Shown here: piece after piece, positions 1 to 8,963 of the stretch
How positions within the stretch are numbered: position 1 is the stretch's first letter
Layout of the letters: every line of letters begins with the position of its first letter
IMG/VR virus record: IMGVR_UViG_3300021475_000014
Location: 1-61,535 of that record
Source of the DNA: a virus
Taxonomy: Duplodnaviria > Caudoviricetes
Reading direction: 5' to 3' (one strand)
Length of the DNA stretch: 61,535 bases
Position numbers and translations under genes: made by a program
The notes under the pieces: model-generated
Databases searched by the model: none
What the model was told of the DNA's origin: nothing
What the model saw: the letters and a program-made list of their open reading frames with translations, nothing else

Positions 1-12
1 CGCGACGGAAGG

Positions 13-138
13 CCTTCCGTCGCGCGAGGGGTTGGGGTGTGGCGGGCCAGGTAGCTTCACTGTCCCTCCACCCGGCGGGGATATCGGAGTCACCCGCCGG
101 GTGGGGTTCAACGTGGCAGTAAGGCCACCTGGCACCGC
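13..138. repeat. 126-bp terminal direct repeat (assembly overlap of a circular/circularly permuted genome), left copy
   Basis: 13-138 is identical to 61410-61535 (ccttccgtcgcg...ggcaccgc). Confidence 0.95.
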
Positions 139-141
139 CAC

Positions 142-825
142 TCAGAACGGCACTGTCGAGGCTGGCGTGCCCGACAGTGTCGCCTGCTGGGCGGGGCTGA
201 GCCGCGCCCAGACATCGGGGTCCATCCCGGCTGGTGCCGGGGTGGTGGGGGTCGGCAGGAACGGTGGGGGTGCCGCCGCCGGTGCGCCCAGCAGCGGCGT
301 GTTCGGGGGTGGCGGGGGCGGCGTCGCTGTGCCCGCAGGCGCCGCCCCCGCGTTCGGTGCTGCCGCAGGCTGCGGGGAAGTCAGCCCCAGCAGGGCATTG
401 GCAGAATTGACCGGCGGCTGGTACTGCGCCCGGTACAGCTTGGGTGCGTTGAAGCCACGCTTTTTGGGCTCCCCATCACCGGAGTACTGCACGGCGAGCT
501 GTCCGCCTGTTTGTAGTCCACGGTCGGCGGCGCCGGCCTCGGCGATGGCGTCCTTGACGGCTTTCTGCATGTTGGCCTTGACGTACAGGCTGCGGATGCC
601 GTCGTCATCTGCGCCGTCGCGTTCGGCGGTCTGCAACACCACCACGATCTGCCACATCGGGTCGCCGTTGGCGAACGTCTTCGCCTCGCCCGTGTCCAGG
701 TCGGTCTGCTGCTGCACCTTCGGCTCGGCAACGATCTCGCCACGCACGATGGTGCCGACCGTCGGGAACGCTGCGGCGCGGGCGCCGGATCCCATCAAAA
801 GTTCGTTGGCAGTTGGGATAGTCAC
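142..825 (-). CDS. single-stranded DNA-binding protein (actinophage type)
   Basis: GTG at 825 after AAAGG; beta-rich N-terminus (GEIVAEPKVQQQTD...DDGIRSLYVK...PKLYRAQY), Pro/Ala linker, C-terminal PF; next to exonuclease and primase. Confidence 0.6.
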   Translation of the reverse strand: MTIPTANELLMGSGARAAAFPTVGTIVRGEIVAEPKVQQQTDLDTGEAKTFANGDPMWQIVVVLQTAERDGADDDGIRSLYVKANMQKAVKDAIAEAGAADRGLQTGGQLAVQYSGDGEPKKRGFNAPKLYRAQYQPPVNSANALLGLTSPQPAAAPNAGAAPAGTATPPPPPPNTPLLGAPAAAPPPFLPTPTTPAPAGMDPDVWARLSPAQQATLSGTPASTVPF

Positions 826-844
826 GTTCGTTGTGCCTTTCGTG

Positions 845-2008
845 TCAGGAGACGAGGCCGGCGCTGAAGCGTTCCCGCGCAGCCGCGTGGGCATGGACGT
901 CGCCGGGGCAGCCGAGCGCGTCGTTGGCGCCTCCCGGCCGGTAGAACGGGCACCAGGCGCACTCACCCGGTGCGATCGGAAGGGCGTTGATACGACTCGG
1001 ATAGGTCGCGATGTCCAGCGCGTCGACCATCCCGGCGGTTTCGCGGTAGCGCTCCAGCGCCCACTGCGCGATCTGCGGGTTGTACGCCTCGGTCCACTCG
1101 GCGGAGTCGTCGTAATCCCACGAGCGGGCCAGCAGTACCAGCCGAACCCACTGCACGTGGCGGCCTTTCGCCGCATGACCCAGGCCGTAGAGGTGGGCCT
1201 GGACCCGGTACTCCTGGCTGACCTGCTCGGCCGGTGGTTTACCGGCACGCTGCGCGGAGTGCAGTTTCTTCAACGCGGTCGTGCCGACGTGTTTCCAGTC
1301 GACCACCATCGCGTTGTCGACATCGAAGGCGTCACCGTGGCCCACGATCTCCGGCGACACCTGGAGTTCATCTTCGGCGATCCACCGTTCCCGACCGATC
1401 ACCGCGTTCCAGTGCGCGACAACCTTTTCCATCTCGGCGTGCACCGCAACGCCTTGCAGCGGTGCCCAATTCGGGGAGGTCAGTTCCCGCTGCGGCAGGC
1501 CGGCAATCTTGCGGGCCATCTGCGCCAGACAGTGGGTACCCAGCTCGGACGGGCCGAGCGCCACCTGCATGGTGCGGGGCCGGGCCAGCTCATAGTCGAT
1601 GAGTACCGCCCGCAGCTCATCCACCGTGGACACCGGCTCGACCGGCGCCACGTAGGCGCAGCACGTTTCGGGAAGGTTGGCGGTGTCGGTGCGCCCCTGG
1701 CAGGCACAGCGGTTGTGCTGGTGCTGCCAGTCGTCGTAGTCGGCGCACCGACACGGATACGGCGCTGCGGTCGACGTGCCCGCGTCCAGCCATACCCCGG
1801 CCGGTGCGGTGGCTGATTGCCGCCCGGCCGCGCAGGCGGCGCGCTGGCGAGCGATGATCGCCTGTGCGCCGTCCGGTGTGTTGGTCAAATCAAGATCAGT
1901 CAGATCCGCCACGTGGACACCCCGACCGGCGTCCAGAGACGCCGCGTCGAGCTGCTCGCCGCACACGCGGCAGCGGGTGGACACCGACGTGAGCGTCACT
2001 GCCGCCAC
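845..2008 (-). CDS. Cas4-like PD-(D/E)XK exonuclease
   Basis: GPSELGxxC, GVAVH, GHGD..VVDWK, QAHLYG and C-terminal CAWCPF...C motifs. Confidence 0.8.
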   Translation of the reverse strand: MAAVTLTSVSTRCRVCGEQLDAASLDAGRGVHVADLTDLDLTNTPDGAQAIIARQRAACAAGRQSATAPAGVWLDAGTSTAAPYPCRCADYDDWQHQHNRCACQGRTDTANLPETCCAYVAPVEPVSTVDELRAVLIDYELARPRTMQVALGPSELGTHCLAQMARKIAGLPQRELTSPNWAPLQGVAVHAEMEKVVAHWNAVIGRERWIAEDELQVSPEIVGHGDAFDVDNAMVVDWKHVGTTALKKLHSAQRAGKPPAEQVSQEYRVQAHLYGLGHAAKGRHVQWVRLVLLARSWDYDDSAEWTEAYNPQIAQWALERYRETAGMVDALDIATYPSRINALPIAPGECAWCPFYRPGGANDALGCPGDVHAHAAARERFSAGLVS

Positions 2009-2172
2009 CAGCTCCCGATGCAGGGACGCATCTTGAACACGGTCGGATAGGTGGTGGGCCGGTGCGGGATCGGCCGGCCGTTGCCTGCCACCGCGACGGG
2101 ACGCTCACACCACGGGCACATCACCAGGGCGGCATCGAAGGCGAAGTGCGGCAGGGTCGGGTCGAGTTTCAT
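1996..2172 (-). CDS. small Zn-ribbon-like hypothetical protein
   Basis: ATG 2172, CPWC...H...C, overlaps neighbours. Confidence 0.55.
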   Translation of the reverse strand: MKLDPTLPHFAFDAALVMCPWCERPVAVAGNGRPIPHRPTTYPTVFKMRPCIGSWWRQ

Positions 2173-2585
2173 GGCGACACCAGCAGCCGGATCGGGCGGC
2201 GGCGCGGCACCGGCGACGTCAACGCCACGTTGGACTCCACCGATTCGACGTCGTTCAAGGTGAAGTGCGGCGCGAGCGAGCCGACCGGCCACCACACCGG
2301 CTCCCCGCTGGTCCAGTGGATCGGGGCGAAAAAGCGCATCCGGTAGGTCTCGAAGTCACCGGCCACGATCAGGCCGGCGTCCACCGGCAGGCAGGGCAAC
2401 CCGGCCTCCAGCGTCACCAGCTTCATCGGCGGCAACGGCTTGCCGACGGCTACCCCGAGCAGCCGGTTGATGCCGCCCACCAGGTCCCCGCCGGCCTCGG
2501 CGAACGCGACCGCCGCCGTGGCGACGGAGGCGTGCGTGCGGGCGAAGTTGCCTTTCAAGCCGGTGAAACCCACATAGGAAATCAC
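2169..2585 (-). CDS. hypothetical protein
   Basis: GTG 2585 coupled to upstream stop; 4-bp overlap with downstream gene. Confidence 0.55.
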   Translation of the reverse strand: MISYVGFTGLKGNFARTHASVATAAVAFAEAGGDLVGGINRLLGVAVGKPLPPMKLVTLEAGLPCLPVDAGLIVAGDFETYRMRFFAPIHWTSGEPVWWPVGSLAPHFTLNDVESVESNVALTSPVPRRRPIRLLVSP

Positions 2586-3115
2586 GGGCCACACTCGACA
2601 CAATCGCGGCCAGCATGTACCTCGCATGGCAAATCCGCGGTGAAGATGATCGGCGCATCGTCGTTGGGCGGCAACGACTTCGCCTCCGCCACGAGGCGGT
2701 ACGCGGTGCTGGTCGACACGCCCGCCATCTCGGCGATGGCCGCCACCCCGCCGGCCGCGTACAGCTCCATCACGTCGATGCCGGGGTGCAGCCGTAGCCG
2801 TCCCGGCGGCCGGCCCGGGGTACGCAGCACACCCGCCCGCAGGATCACCAACGTGGCGGTGCCGACCGCAACCCGGTAGGTGCGGGCCACGTCCGGGATG
2901 GACAGTCCGGTGGCGTAGGAGTTGAGGATTCCCTGCCGGACGCTTTCGTCCAGGTAGGACGGCACCAGATCGATGCCAGCCTCGGCGAGGACCCGGTCAA
3001 CCCGGGTACGGCTCACCCGAGCCAGCCGGGCCAGCCGGGTACGGCTGTAGTCACCGCGCCGGTACAGCGCCAGGATCTCGTCGTTGGACAGTGCCGCCAC
3101 TCGGGGACCAGCCAT
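2582..3115 (-). CDS. multi-HTH DNA-binding protein
   Basis: GGAGG RBS; three HTH-like segments (SRTRLARLARVSRTRV, SIPDVARTYRVAVGTA, VAAIAEMAGVSTSTAYR). Confidence 0.7.
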   Translation of the reverse strand: MAGPRVAALSNDEILALYRRGDYSRTRLARLARVSRTRVDRVLAEAGIDLVPSYLDESVRQGILNSYATGLSIPDVARTYRVAVGTATLVILRAGVLRTPGRPPGRLRLHPGIDVMELYAAGGVAAIAEMAGVSTSTAYRLVAEAKSLPPNDDAPIIFTADLPCEVHAGRDCVECGP

Positions 3116-3132
3116 GACTACACCTCCCGGAT

Positions 3133-3147
3133 AGGTGCGGGGAAAGT
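3133..3147 (+). promoter_or_regulatory. 15-bp conserved motif AGGTGCGGGGAAAGT, copy 1 of 9
   Basis: other copies at 20461, 25175, 27991, 35060, 35753, 44807, 47776, 51278 (0-1 mismatch). Confidence 0.75.
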
Positions 3148-3317
3148 TAGCGATGACGGACACTCTTACACGCGGTGGCGACAGAATCCGAGCCAATCAG
3201 CGAAGTTGACACGATGAGGAAATGGGCCGTCACCTCACGGCACCCACGATCGGTTAGGCCCGGTGCGCAGTACTCTCGGGCGAAGTCGGCACAGTTCACA
3301 GGCGGAGGTGGGGTGCG

Positions 3318-3953
3318 GTGTCCAATCTGGATGACCTGACCACCCGCAACTCGGCGGCCAACGAGACGATTGAGGGGGAGATAGTCTTCCCCCACACACC
3401 GTGGGACCGCATGCCGGGCGAGTCGGAGAGCGCCTACGCGCACTTTCTGTCCTACCGGGACCTCGGCCAGGACCGCACCATCGCCCGCGCCGCTGACCGC
3501 GCCCACAAATCCCGGGATCACTTCCACCGGCTGGCCACGCAATGGCAGTGGATCAACCGGGCCAGCGCCTACGACACCGAAATGCACCGGCTGTTCACCG
3601 CGAAGGCCGCCGACGAGCGGCGGGAAATGATCCTGCGGCACGCCAAGCTGGCCCGCAACATCATGTCCATCGTGGAAGCCCGGCTACTGACCATCCCCAT
3701 TGACGAGCTGACCCCCACCGAACTGTCCAGGCTGCTGGAAGTCGCGGCGAAAATGGAACGGGCGTCCTGGAACGAAGAGACAGCCATCCGCGCCCGGGGC
3801 GCGTCCACCATCGACGGTGTGGACCTGGCCCACCTGGACGAGGGTCAGCGGGTCGCCCGGCTCGAAGCGCTGCGCGCTGAGCTGGACCGGCGCATCACCG
3901 CCCGGCGCTCGCTGGCCGCACCCCGCGAGGTGCCGGTGGACGAGCCAGCCTGA
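3318..3953 (+). CDS. putative terminase small subunit
   Basis: GGAGG RBS; PWDRMPGES..AY..F..YRDLG..RT.....W.W..RA.AYD pattern typical of HTH-type TerS-like proteins. Confidence 0.6.
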   Translation: MSNLDDLTTRNSAANETIEGEIVFPHTPWDRMPGESESAYAHFLSYRDLGQDRTIARAADRAHKSRDHFHRLATQWQWINRASAYDTEMHRLFTAKAADERREMILRHAKLARNIMSIVEARLLTIPIDELTPTELSRLLEVAAKMERASWNEETAIRARGASTIDGVDLAHLDEGQRVARLEALRAELDRRITARRSLAAPREVPVDEPA

Positions 3954-4119
3954 CCTGGACGCATTGGTCGCACACGTCGGCCATCCCGTCGGCGCTGACC
4001 CGCCACCCTTCGGCCGCCAGGATGCGGCGTGCCCGGTCCACCGAGGCGCCGGCCTGCGGCAGCAGCTCGTCGGTCAGGCACGTTTCGCAGCGGATCCTGA
4101 CCAACACCCGCGCGCTCAC
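3895..4119 (-). CDS. small CxxC...CxxC protein
   Basis: GTG 4119 after GGAG; RCETC...GW...VCDQC. Confidence 0.5.
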   Translation of the reverse strand: MSARVLVRIRCETCLTDELLPQAGASVDRARRILAAEGWRVSADGMADVCDQCVQVRLARPPAPRGVRPASAGR

Positions 4120-4242
4120 CGCGCACCGTCTCCAACATTGCGTGTCTGAGCCATTGACGCAGCGTAATCCCGCGCCGGCGTGCCAACGGCTAATTTGGTG
4201 CCAATTGGTGGCTAGTCTGGTAGCAAGCTCGTTGTGCAGGAT

Positions 4243-4641
4243 ATGAACGAACTGCTGGCCTCCACGATGGACACCGTGCCCCCCGGGTGGACCATCATCA
4301 ATGTGTTCGGCATCGTTGCTGGCACGGAGGCCCGACCCATCAACCCGTTCCTCGACGGTGTCAAGCGCCTGCTGCCCGAGCACGAACGCGACTACCCGGT
4401 GAAGTTGGCCAACGCCCGGCTGGCCGCCGTGGATCGGATGATGGCCAACGCCCGGATGGTCGGCGCCAACGCCGTACTGGGCGTGCGCTTCGACCACCGG
4501 CCACTGTCCAGCACGTGGGTGGAGCTGTGCGCCTACGGCACCGCCGTACGGTTGGCCCGGCTGCCCGATGCGGATCCGCCGGCACCCCGTCCGCGTCGGG
4601 CTGCCGAAGATGACCGTGCACACAACAGCGGCGCCGGGTAG
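4243..4641 (+). CDS. YbjQ/UPF0145 family protein
   Basis: AR..A.DRM...A..VGANAVLGVRFD...ELCAYGTAV signature. Confidence 0.85.
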   Translation: MNELLASTMDTVPPGWTIINVFGIVAGTEARPINPFLDGVKRLLPEHERDYPVKLANARLAAVDRMMANARMVGANAVLGVRFDHRPLSSTWVELCAYGTAVRLARLPDADPPAPRPRRAAEDDRAHNSGAG

Positions 4642-4741
4642 GCAACCCGGCGCCGCTGTCTGGATGAGCCCCGACCGTCTCGCAACCAGAGCGTGTCCAC
4701 TGTAGCGCAAAACATCGACCAATGTTGTCGGCCGCAACATT

Positions 4742-4939
4742 TCAGTCGTCCGTGTCCCAGGTGTGGTAACCCCGGCACGGGAACACGTCCGGGTCAGCCC
4801 GGCGGAAGATCCCCGAGTCCGTCAACGCCCCGCACATGCAGCACCGATCCGGCTTCGCGTCGATCACCCGGTGCGCCACCCGGTGCGGCTCCAGACTGCG
4901 CCAACAATCCCAGCACAGCAGATGGCTCCACTTACTCAC
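4742..4939 (-). CDS. small Cys-rich hypothetical protein
   Basis: GTG 4939; CWDC...CCMCG. Confidence 0.55.
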   Translation of the reverse strand: MSKWSHLLCWDCWRSLEPHRVAHRVIDAKPDRCCMCGALTDSGIFRRADPDVFPCRGYHTWDTDD

Positions 4940-5271
4940 AGGGCATCGCCGCTCGTCTCCACAGTGGTCACCTCCCGCGCCATGCGCTGCGGCGGCAAAT
5001 CCGCGGTGGGCTCTTTCGGCTTGGGGCGCAACGAATGCAGGTGCGTCCACCGGGCCGTCAGGACACCTTCCATTGGCTCGCTGTGGATCTGGAACCAGTA
5101 GCCGTCCAACTGCACCCACCACCGTTCCCGCCACAACATGAAGCCGGTGTGCTGCTCAAAGAACAACACCTGCGGTCCGGCATGCGGGTCGGTGATGAAC
5201 TGGTGGGCCGGGATCAGCTCGGGGATGTCATCGTTCGGTTGGTCCATTGCGGTGTCCTCGTTTCGCGCCAC
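4936..5271 (-). CDS. hypothetical protein
   Basis: ORF with 4-bp overlap downstream; start may be 5247. Confidence 0.55.
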   Translation of the reverse strand: MARNEDTAMDQPNDDIPELIPAHQFITDPHAGPQVLFFEQHTGFMLWRERWWVQLDGYWFQIHSEPMEGVLTARWTHLHSLRPKPKEPTADLPPQRMAREVTTVETSGDAL

Positions 5272-5512
5272 GCCGATACACGAGGAACCGGCGGTCCGGA
5301 AGCTGCTCTACACCCTCGGTCATCTCCAGGTTCATCGTCTCCCCCGGCTGGATGTCCACCAGGTGCGCCATGATGATCAGCGCCCGGTTGATCGCGTCGG
5401 TCCTCGTGTGTCCCGTGTGGCCAGTCACCCAATGCAGCGCAGCGAACGCTGAGTTGGAGAGGTTGACGGTGACCTTGTGCAGCTCCGGATCCTCAGCGTT
5501 CGCGGCGCTCAT
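5228..5512 (-). CDS. ribbon-helix-helix DNA-binding protein
   Basis: KVTVNL...AL......GHTRTDAINRAL pattern. Confidence 0.6.
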   Translation of the reverse strand: MSAANAEDPELHKVTVNLSNSAFAALHWVTGHTGHTRTDAINRALIIMAHLVDIQPGETMNLEMTEGVEQLPDRRFLVYRRGAKRGHRNGPTER

Positions 5513-5748
5513 TCGGGATCAACCACGTCGGCGTAGTCCAGGTGCTCCAGGCCGGCCATCACCATCGCCCCGCAGTACGGGCAGTGGTACTGACCCATTG
5601 GGGCGCCGACAAGCTGCTGCGGATCCCACGGCCACGGGCACCGCTCGCCTTCCTCATTGAGCGGCGCAGTGATGTCCAGGTCGACAGCCAGGTTCAGCCG
5701 GCGCTCTGCGGCCTCCCGTGGGGTGATGTCCTGCCAGCGCTTCACCAC
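5509..5748 (-). CDS. hypothetical protein (HCPYCG)
   Basis: coupled ORF with Zn-ribbon-like motif. Confidence 0.6.
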   Translation of the reverse strand: MVKRWQDITPREAAERRLNLAVDLDITAPLNEEGERCPWPWDPQQLVGAPMGQYHCPYCGAMVMAGLEHLDYADVVDPE

Positions 5749-5930
5749 GGCTCCGGTGGTGCCGTGAGGCCCTTGGCGCCCCGCTCGAAGACGTCCAGCA
5801 GTGTCTCCACCGACTCGTCGTCCACGTCATCGCAGAAGTGGTGGCAGTTGCCGCAGTAGCGTTCCCGGGCGTCGCTCGGATTGAGGCTGGCCATGCCGCA
5901 ATGCCAGCAGCGGAACGGCTCAATCGTCAT
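5742..5930 (-). CDS. small Zn-finger protein
   Basis: ATG 5930; CWHCG...S.NP.D...RYCGNCH. Confidence 0.65.
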   Translation of the reverse strand: MTIEPFRCWHCGMASLNPSDARERYCGNCHHFCDDVDDESVETLLDVFERGAKGLTAPPEPW

Positions 5931-6285
5931 CGCAACCATCACCGTCCACGTGACGGGGCAGATGGTGGTGCGGATGGTAGGCGGTTTCCCGCCAGCCGAT
6001 CGCCAGCCAGTCCTCACTGACCTTGTCGTCCACCCACCAGGCGTAGTGCAGATCGAAGTCGTCTTCGATGATGGGGCGCACCACGTCATCCAGCACGCCC
6101 CGTTCCCACAACAGGCTCAGCCCAGCGCAGGCGGCGCAGCATTGGACGCAGCAACCGAACTCGCGGGCCACGCCGTCATCGTCGGCGTTGGGCCAGCCGT
6201 CCAGGTGGCTGAGCGAATGGCCGACGATCTGAGCCACGGCCAGGCCCAGCTTGCCGCCGTCACCGATCGTGATGCTGGTCGCCAC
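5920..6285 (-). CDS. hypothetical protein
   Basis: GGAGG RBS before GTG 6285; CCVQCCAAC. Confidence 0.55.
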   Translation of the reverse strand: MATSITIGDGGKLGLAVAQIVGHSLSHLDGWPNADDDGVAREFGCCVQCCAACAGLSLLWERGVLDDVVRPIIEDDFDLHYAWWVDDKVSEDWLAIGWRETAYHPHHHLPRHVDGDGCDDD

Positions 6286-6439
6286 GGCGCACCTCCTGGT
6301 TGGCATCGTGCCGGTCGCGGCGACGCATCCGCCGCTTGATCCGGTCCGTCTTCCCGGCGTGGTTGAAACAGGTCAGGCGCTGGCGCCAATACTTGTTCAC
6401 CACATCCCACTCGTCCCACTTGCCGATGCGGCGCTTCAT
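6260..6439 (-). CDS. small basic hypothetical protein (not in ORF track)
   Basis: MKRRIGKWDEWDVVNKYWRQRL...IKRRMRRRDR; ATGA overlap with upstream gene. Confidence 0.6.
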   Translation of the reverse strand: MKRRIGKWDEWDVVNKYWRQRLTCFNHAGKTDRIKRRMRRRDRHDANQEVRRGDQHHDR

Positions 6440-6603
6440 GACCGGCCAGCGATCACGTCACCCGAAGGCAACCTCTTGATCCGCCAGTCGGGGTAACCCG
6501 GCAGAGGCATCCACACGTCCACGGGCAGGGATTCGGCCAGCTCGCCGATGGTCAGTTCAGGCTCCGGCTCCGGTGGTGTCGGGGTGGCGCTCGTCGCGTC
6601 CAC
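6436..6603 (-). CDS. small hypothetical protein (not in ORF track)
   Basis: GAGGAG RBS before GTG 6603; 55 aa. Confidence 0.5.
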   Translation of the reverse strand: MDATSATPTPPEPEPELTIGELAESLPVDVWMPLPGYPDWRIKRLPSGDVIAGRS

Positions 6604-6772
6604 TGGTGCTCTCCTCGGTCAGGTAGTGCATGGGGCACAGTTCGCTGATCCACCAGTCGTTCGGTTCGTACGGGGGGTAGCGACCGTGGTTGTTGTCCAT
6701 GACAGGGCAGCGGCAGCCGGCGCTCAGGGCGGCGTCACTGCCCGGGGTGTACTGCCACGGTGGGCAGCTCAT
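6557..6772 (-). CDS. small Cys/His phage protein
   Basis: PGSDAAL..GCRCPVMDNNHG...CPMH motif. Confidence 0.65.
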   Translation of the reverse strand: MSCPPWQYTPGSDAALSAGCRCPVMDNNHGRYPPYEPNDWWISELCPMHYLTEESTSGRDERHPDTTGAGA

Positions 6773-7008
6773 CGCAGCGTCACCGCCGCCAGCAGTGCCC
6801 CCTGGACGCGGCGCAGGTTGCGTTCCTGCGCCTTGACGTCCATGCCGGGATTCTGGTCGGCGAAGGCGTGCGACAGCTCAGCGGTGAAGTTCAGCATGCG
6901 AACCAACGTCAACGCCTCATCCTCGGCCATCACCAGGATGACCGCCGGGCAACCGTCGGAGCTGAACGCCATCGCCGATGGGATCTTGATGCGCTGCTCA
7001 CACATCAT
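6769..7008 (-). CDS. hypothetical protein
   Basis: ATG 7008, coupled stop. Confidence 0.5.
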   Translation of the reverse strand: MMCEQRIKIPSAMAFSSDGCPAVILVMAEDEALTLVRMLNFTAELSHAFADQNPGMDVKAQERNLRRVQGALLAAVTLR

Positions 7009-7423
7009 GCTGCCATCCCTTATCCACCAAGTGTTTGCGGTTGATCGGCCAGCAGCCGTGCAGCGTCGGATCGTGGAAGCCGTGCCGCTCGTGGCAGAAC
7101 GGGCAGCAGCCTTCCGGCGCGGCGGCAATCCAGGCAGCCCGGAATTCGGGGCTGGACAGTCGCTCGATCAGGTGGGCGTCCAAGTCGTCGTCGTGACGTC
7201 CGAACCGACGCATCGCCATGACCAGACTCACCTCGTCTTCGTACTCGTCCGTCGCCAGCCCAGAGCAGTATCCGCCGCTGAACTTCGCAACCCAGCGAGC
7301 GCCACAGACGCAGGTGGCGGACCCACGCTGCGCGTAGTGGCCGGGCTGCGCATACAGGTCGGGGAACATCTCGCTGAGCGCATCGGCCGCCGCCGCGCCC
7401 ACCCCGTCCTCGAATGCGTTCAC
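6998..7423 (-). CDS. hypothetical protein with Cys pairs
   Basis: coupled ORF; CVCG, CCPFC. Confidence 0.55.
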   Translation of the reverse strand: MNAFEDGVGAAAADALSEMFPDLYAQPGHYAQRGSATCVCGARWVAKFSGGYCSGLATDEYEDEVSLVMAMRRFGRHDDDLDAHLIERLSSPEFRAAWIAAAPEGCCPFCHERHGFHDPTLHGCWPINRKHLVDKGWQHDV

Positions 7424-7581
7424 CGGCTGTCCTCGTTGGCGCAGGCCAGCGCATGGGCGAGCTGGTCCACCAGGGTCTGGTTGGCGCCCAGGATGCGTCG
7501 GTAGTTGCAGATCAGGTTGACGGCGATGTCGGCGACGGCCAGGCCGGCGAGCACACCGACGATCACGACGAAGATGTTCAT
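7420..7581 (-). CDS. small membrane protein
   Basis: GAGGAG RBS; hydrophobic N-terminus. Confidence 0.55.
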   Translation of the reverse strand: MNIFVVIVGVLAGLAVADIAVNLICNYRRILGANQTLVDQLAHALACANEDSR

Positions 7582-7886
7582 GGTGACTCCTCGGGCAACG
7601 ACGCCATCGACACGGTGACGTTGGGAAAAATCGTGACCGCCACGCCGCAGCTCCCGCACACCGCGCGGCCGGTCTTCACGTCGGTGATGGGCTCCCCGCA
7701 GGCTGGGCAGTGCGTACTGCGCCCAATGTGGAGTGCGCGGATCAGCTCGTCAATCAGATGATCCTGGCCGGTGATGATGCGCTCGTAGCGCCGCGCCATC
7801 CGGCGCCGCAGGATCAGGCTGAGGGTGAGACTGGCCAGGCCGGCGAGCAGGCCGGCAATGGCCATGGCGAGCAGCGTCGCCCTCAT
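7578..7886 (-). CDS. membrane protein with Zn ribbon
   Basis: N-terminal TM helix; CPACG...CGSCG. Confidence 0.6.
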   Translation of the reverse strand: MRATLLAMAIAGLLAGLASLTLSLILRRRMARRYERIITGQDHLIDELIRALHIGRSTHCPACGEPITDVKTGRAVCGSCGVAVTIFPNVTVSMASLPEESP

Positions 7887-8389
7887 GCCAGCTCCAGCCG
7901 TTCGAAGCGGATGATCATGATGGATGGGACGTCGCCCGACGCGGCGGTTTGGATGACGAGCGGGTTGGCGGCGAAGCCGGCCAGCAGCTCTCGGTAGTCC
8001 ATCCGGGTGTCACCCTCGAACTCGCCGGCCACCAAGGTCAAGTAGATGATGCCCACCATCGGCAGGAACTGACGGTAAACCTCCGCGCCGCCCACCACGA
8101 AAGCGTCGCTGTAGTTGGTGGCCGCCAAAGCTTCGCCGGTGCTGTGCACGACGGTCACGTTCTTGTGGGCCACCGGCGGCTCACCGTGGCTGAGCACGAT
8201 GTTGTGCCGGCCCCGCAGCGGCCGGCCGCCCGGCAGCGACTGGAACGTGCGGCGCCCCATGATGACGTGGGCGCCTTCGGTGACCGCCTTGAAGTGCGCC
8301 ATGTCGGCCGGGATGTGGGGCCACGGCAGAGCGCCGTCCCGGCCGATCGTGCCGGCCCGGTCAGCGGCAAGCACCATTGTCAGCGCCAC
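7883..8389 (-). CDS. folA: dihydrofolate reductase
   Basis: IG.DG.LPW..P.D..HFK..T....IMGRRTFQSL..RPL.GR.NIVLS and VVGGAEVY, EGDT motifs. Confidence 0.95.
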   Translation of the reverse strand: MALTMVLAADRAGTIGRDGALPWPHIPADMAHFKAVTEGAHVIMGRRTFQSLPGGRPLRGRHNIVLSHGEPPVAHKNVTVVHSTGEALAATNYSDAFVVGGAEVYRQFLPMVGIIYLTLVAGEFEGDTRMDYRELLAGFAANPLVIQTAASGDVPSIMIIRFERLELA

Positions 8390-8407
8390 GCTGTCACCAC
8401 CCCGGGG

Positions 8408-8422
8408 AGTTGATCTTGGTCA
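8408..8422 (-). promoter_or_regulatory. repeated intergenic motif TGAYCAAGATCAACT
   Basis: copies at 8408-8422, 11529-11543, 12361-12375. Confidence 0.45.
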
Positions 8423-8684
8423 TTCATCGGTGAGACGTTTGAACAATGCTTCGTCGCATACCGACTGGTCAACGCAGATGCCCCACCTATGGCAACGGGC
8501 GCACCGGATAGCCCAGCGCGCCCATACCAATTGATGAGTGTTGATCTTGATTTGCCGGGTCACAGCCTCACGGTAGAGTGCAACTCGACTTCACGGGCGA
8601 GATCATCCATTGGCATACGCACATCTGTGGCCACAATGTACTTCCAATGTTCGTCCGCGTCTGTACCCGACAGCGAATAGGCGG

Positions 8685-8963
8685 CTACGGATGCGTGGCG
8701 CGGTAGCTGGCAACCATCGTCGCGCGGTAGGTCTCGATCATGCCTGCCGCCAGGTCGTGATAGTTGATCATGACTTCGGCGTCCACCTCATCCCACGGCG
8801 GGGAGTCGTCGTTGGAGCGGCCCGCCTCATACAAGTGCTGCGCCGCCGCCCACGTGGCCCGCTGCCGAGCCAGCTCGTCGGAGTGGTCCTCCGTACTGAC
8901 CCGGGGCATCATGCCGAACGCGCGGACCAGGGCGGCCCGCTCCGGCCCGATGCCGCCGCTCAT
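8685..8963 (-). CDS. hypothetical protein
   Basis: ATG 8963 overlapping upstream stop. Confidence 0.55.
   Translation of the reverse strand: MSGGIGPERAALVRAFGMMPRVSTEDHSDELARQRATWAAAQHLYEAGRSNDDSPPWDEVDAEVMINYHDLAAGMIETYRATMVASYRATHP

Noticed and set aside
1-24. Perfect 24-bp palindrome cgcgacggaagg|ccttccgtcgcg suggesting a hairpin telomere
   Set aside because: The other copy of this locus (61401-61420) has atctggaat instead of bases 1-12, and no protelomerase is recognisable; most likely a fold-back read artefact at the contig end.
32-1816. Long plus-strand ORF (594 aa) and similar long ORFs such as 22707-24353, 33120-34070 (upstream extension), 38460-39962 and 59844-61532
   Set aside because: Antisense or off-frame shadows of well-supported genes, expected in high-GC DNA; no motifs.
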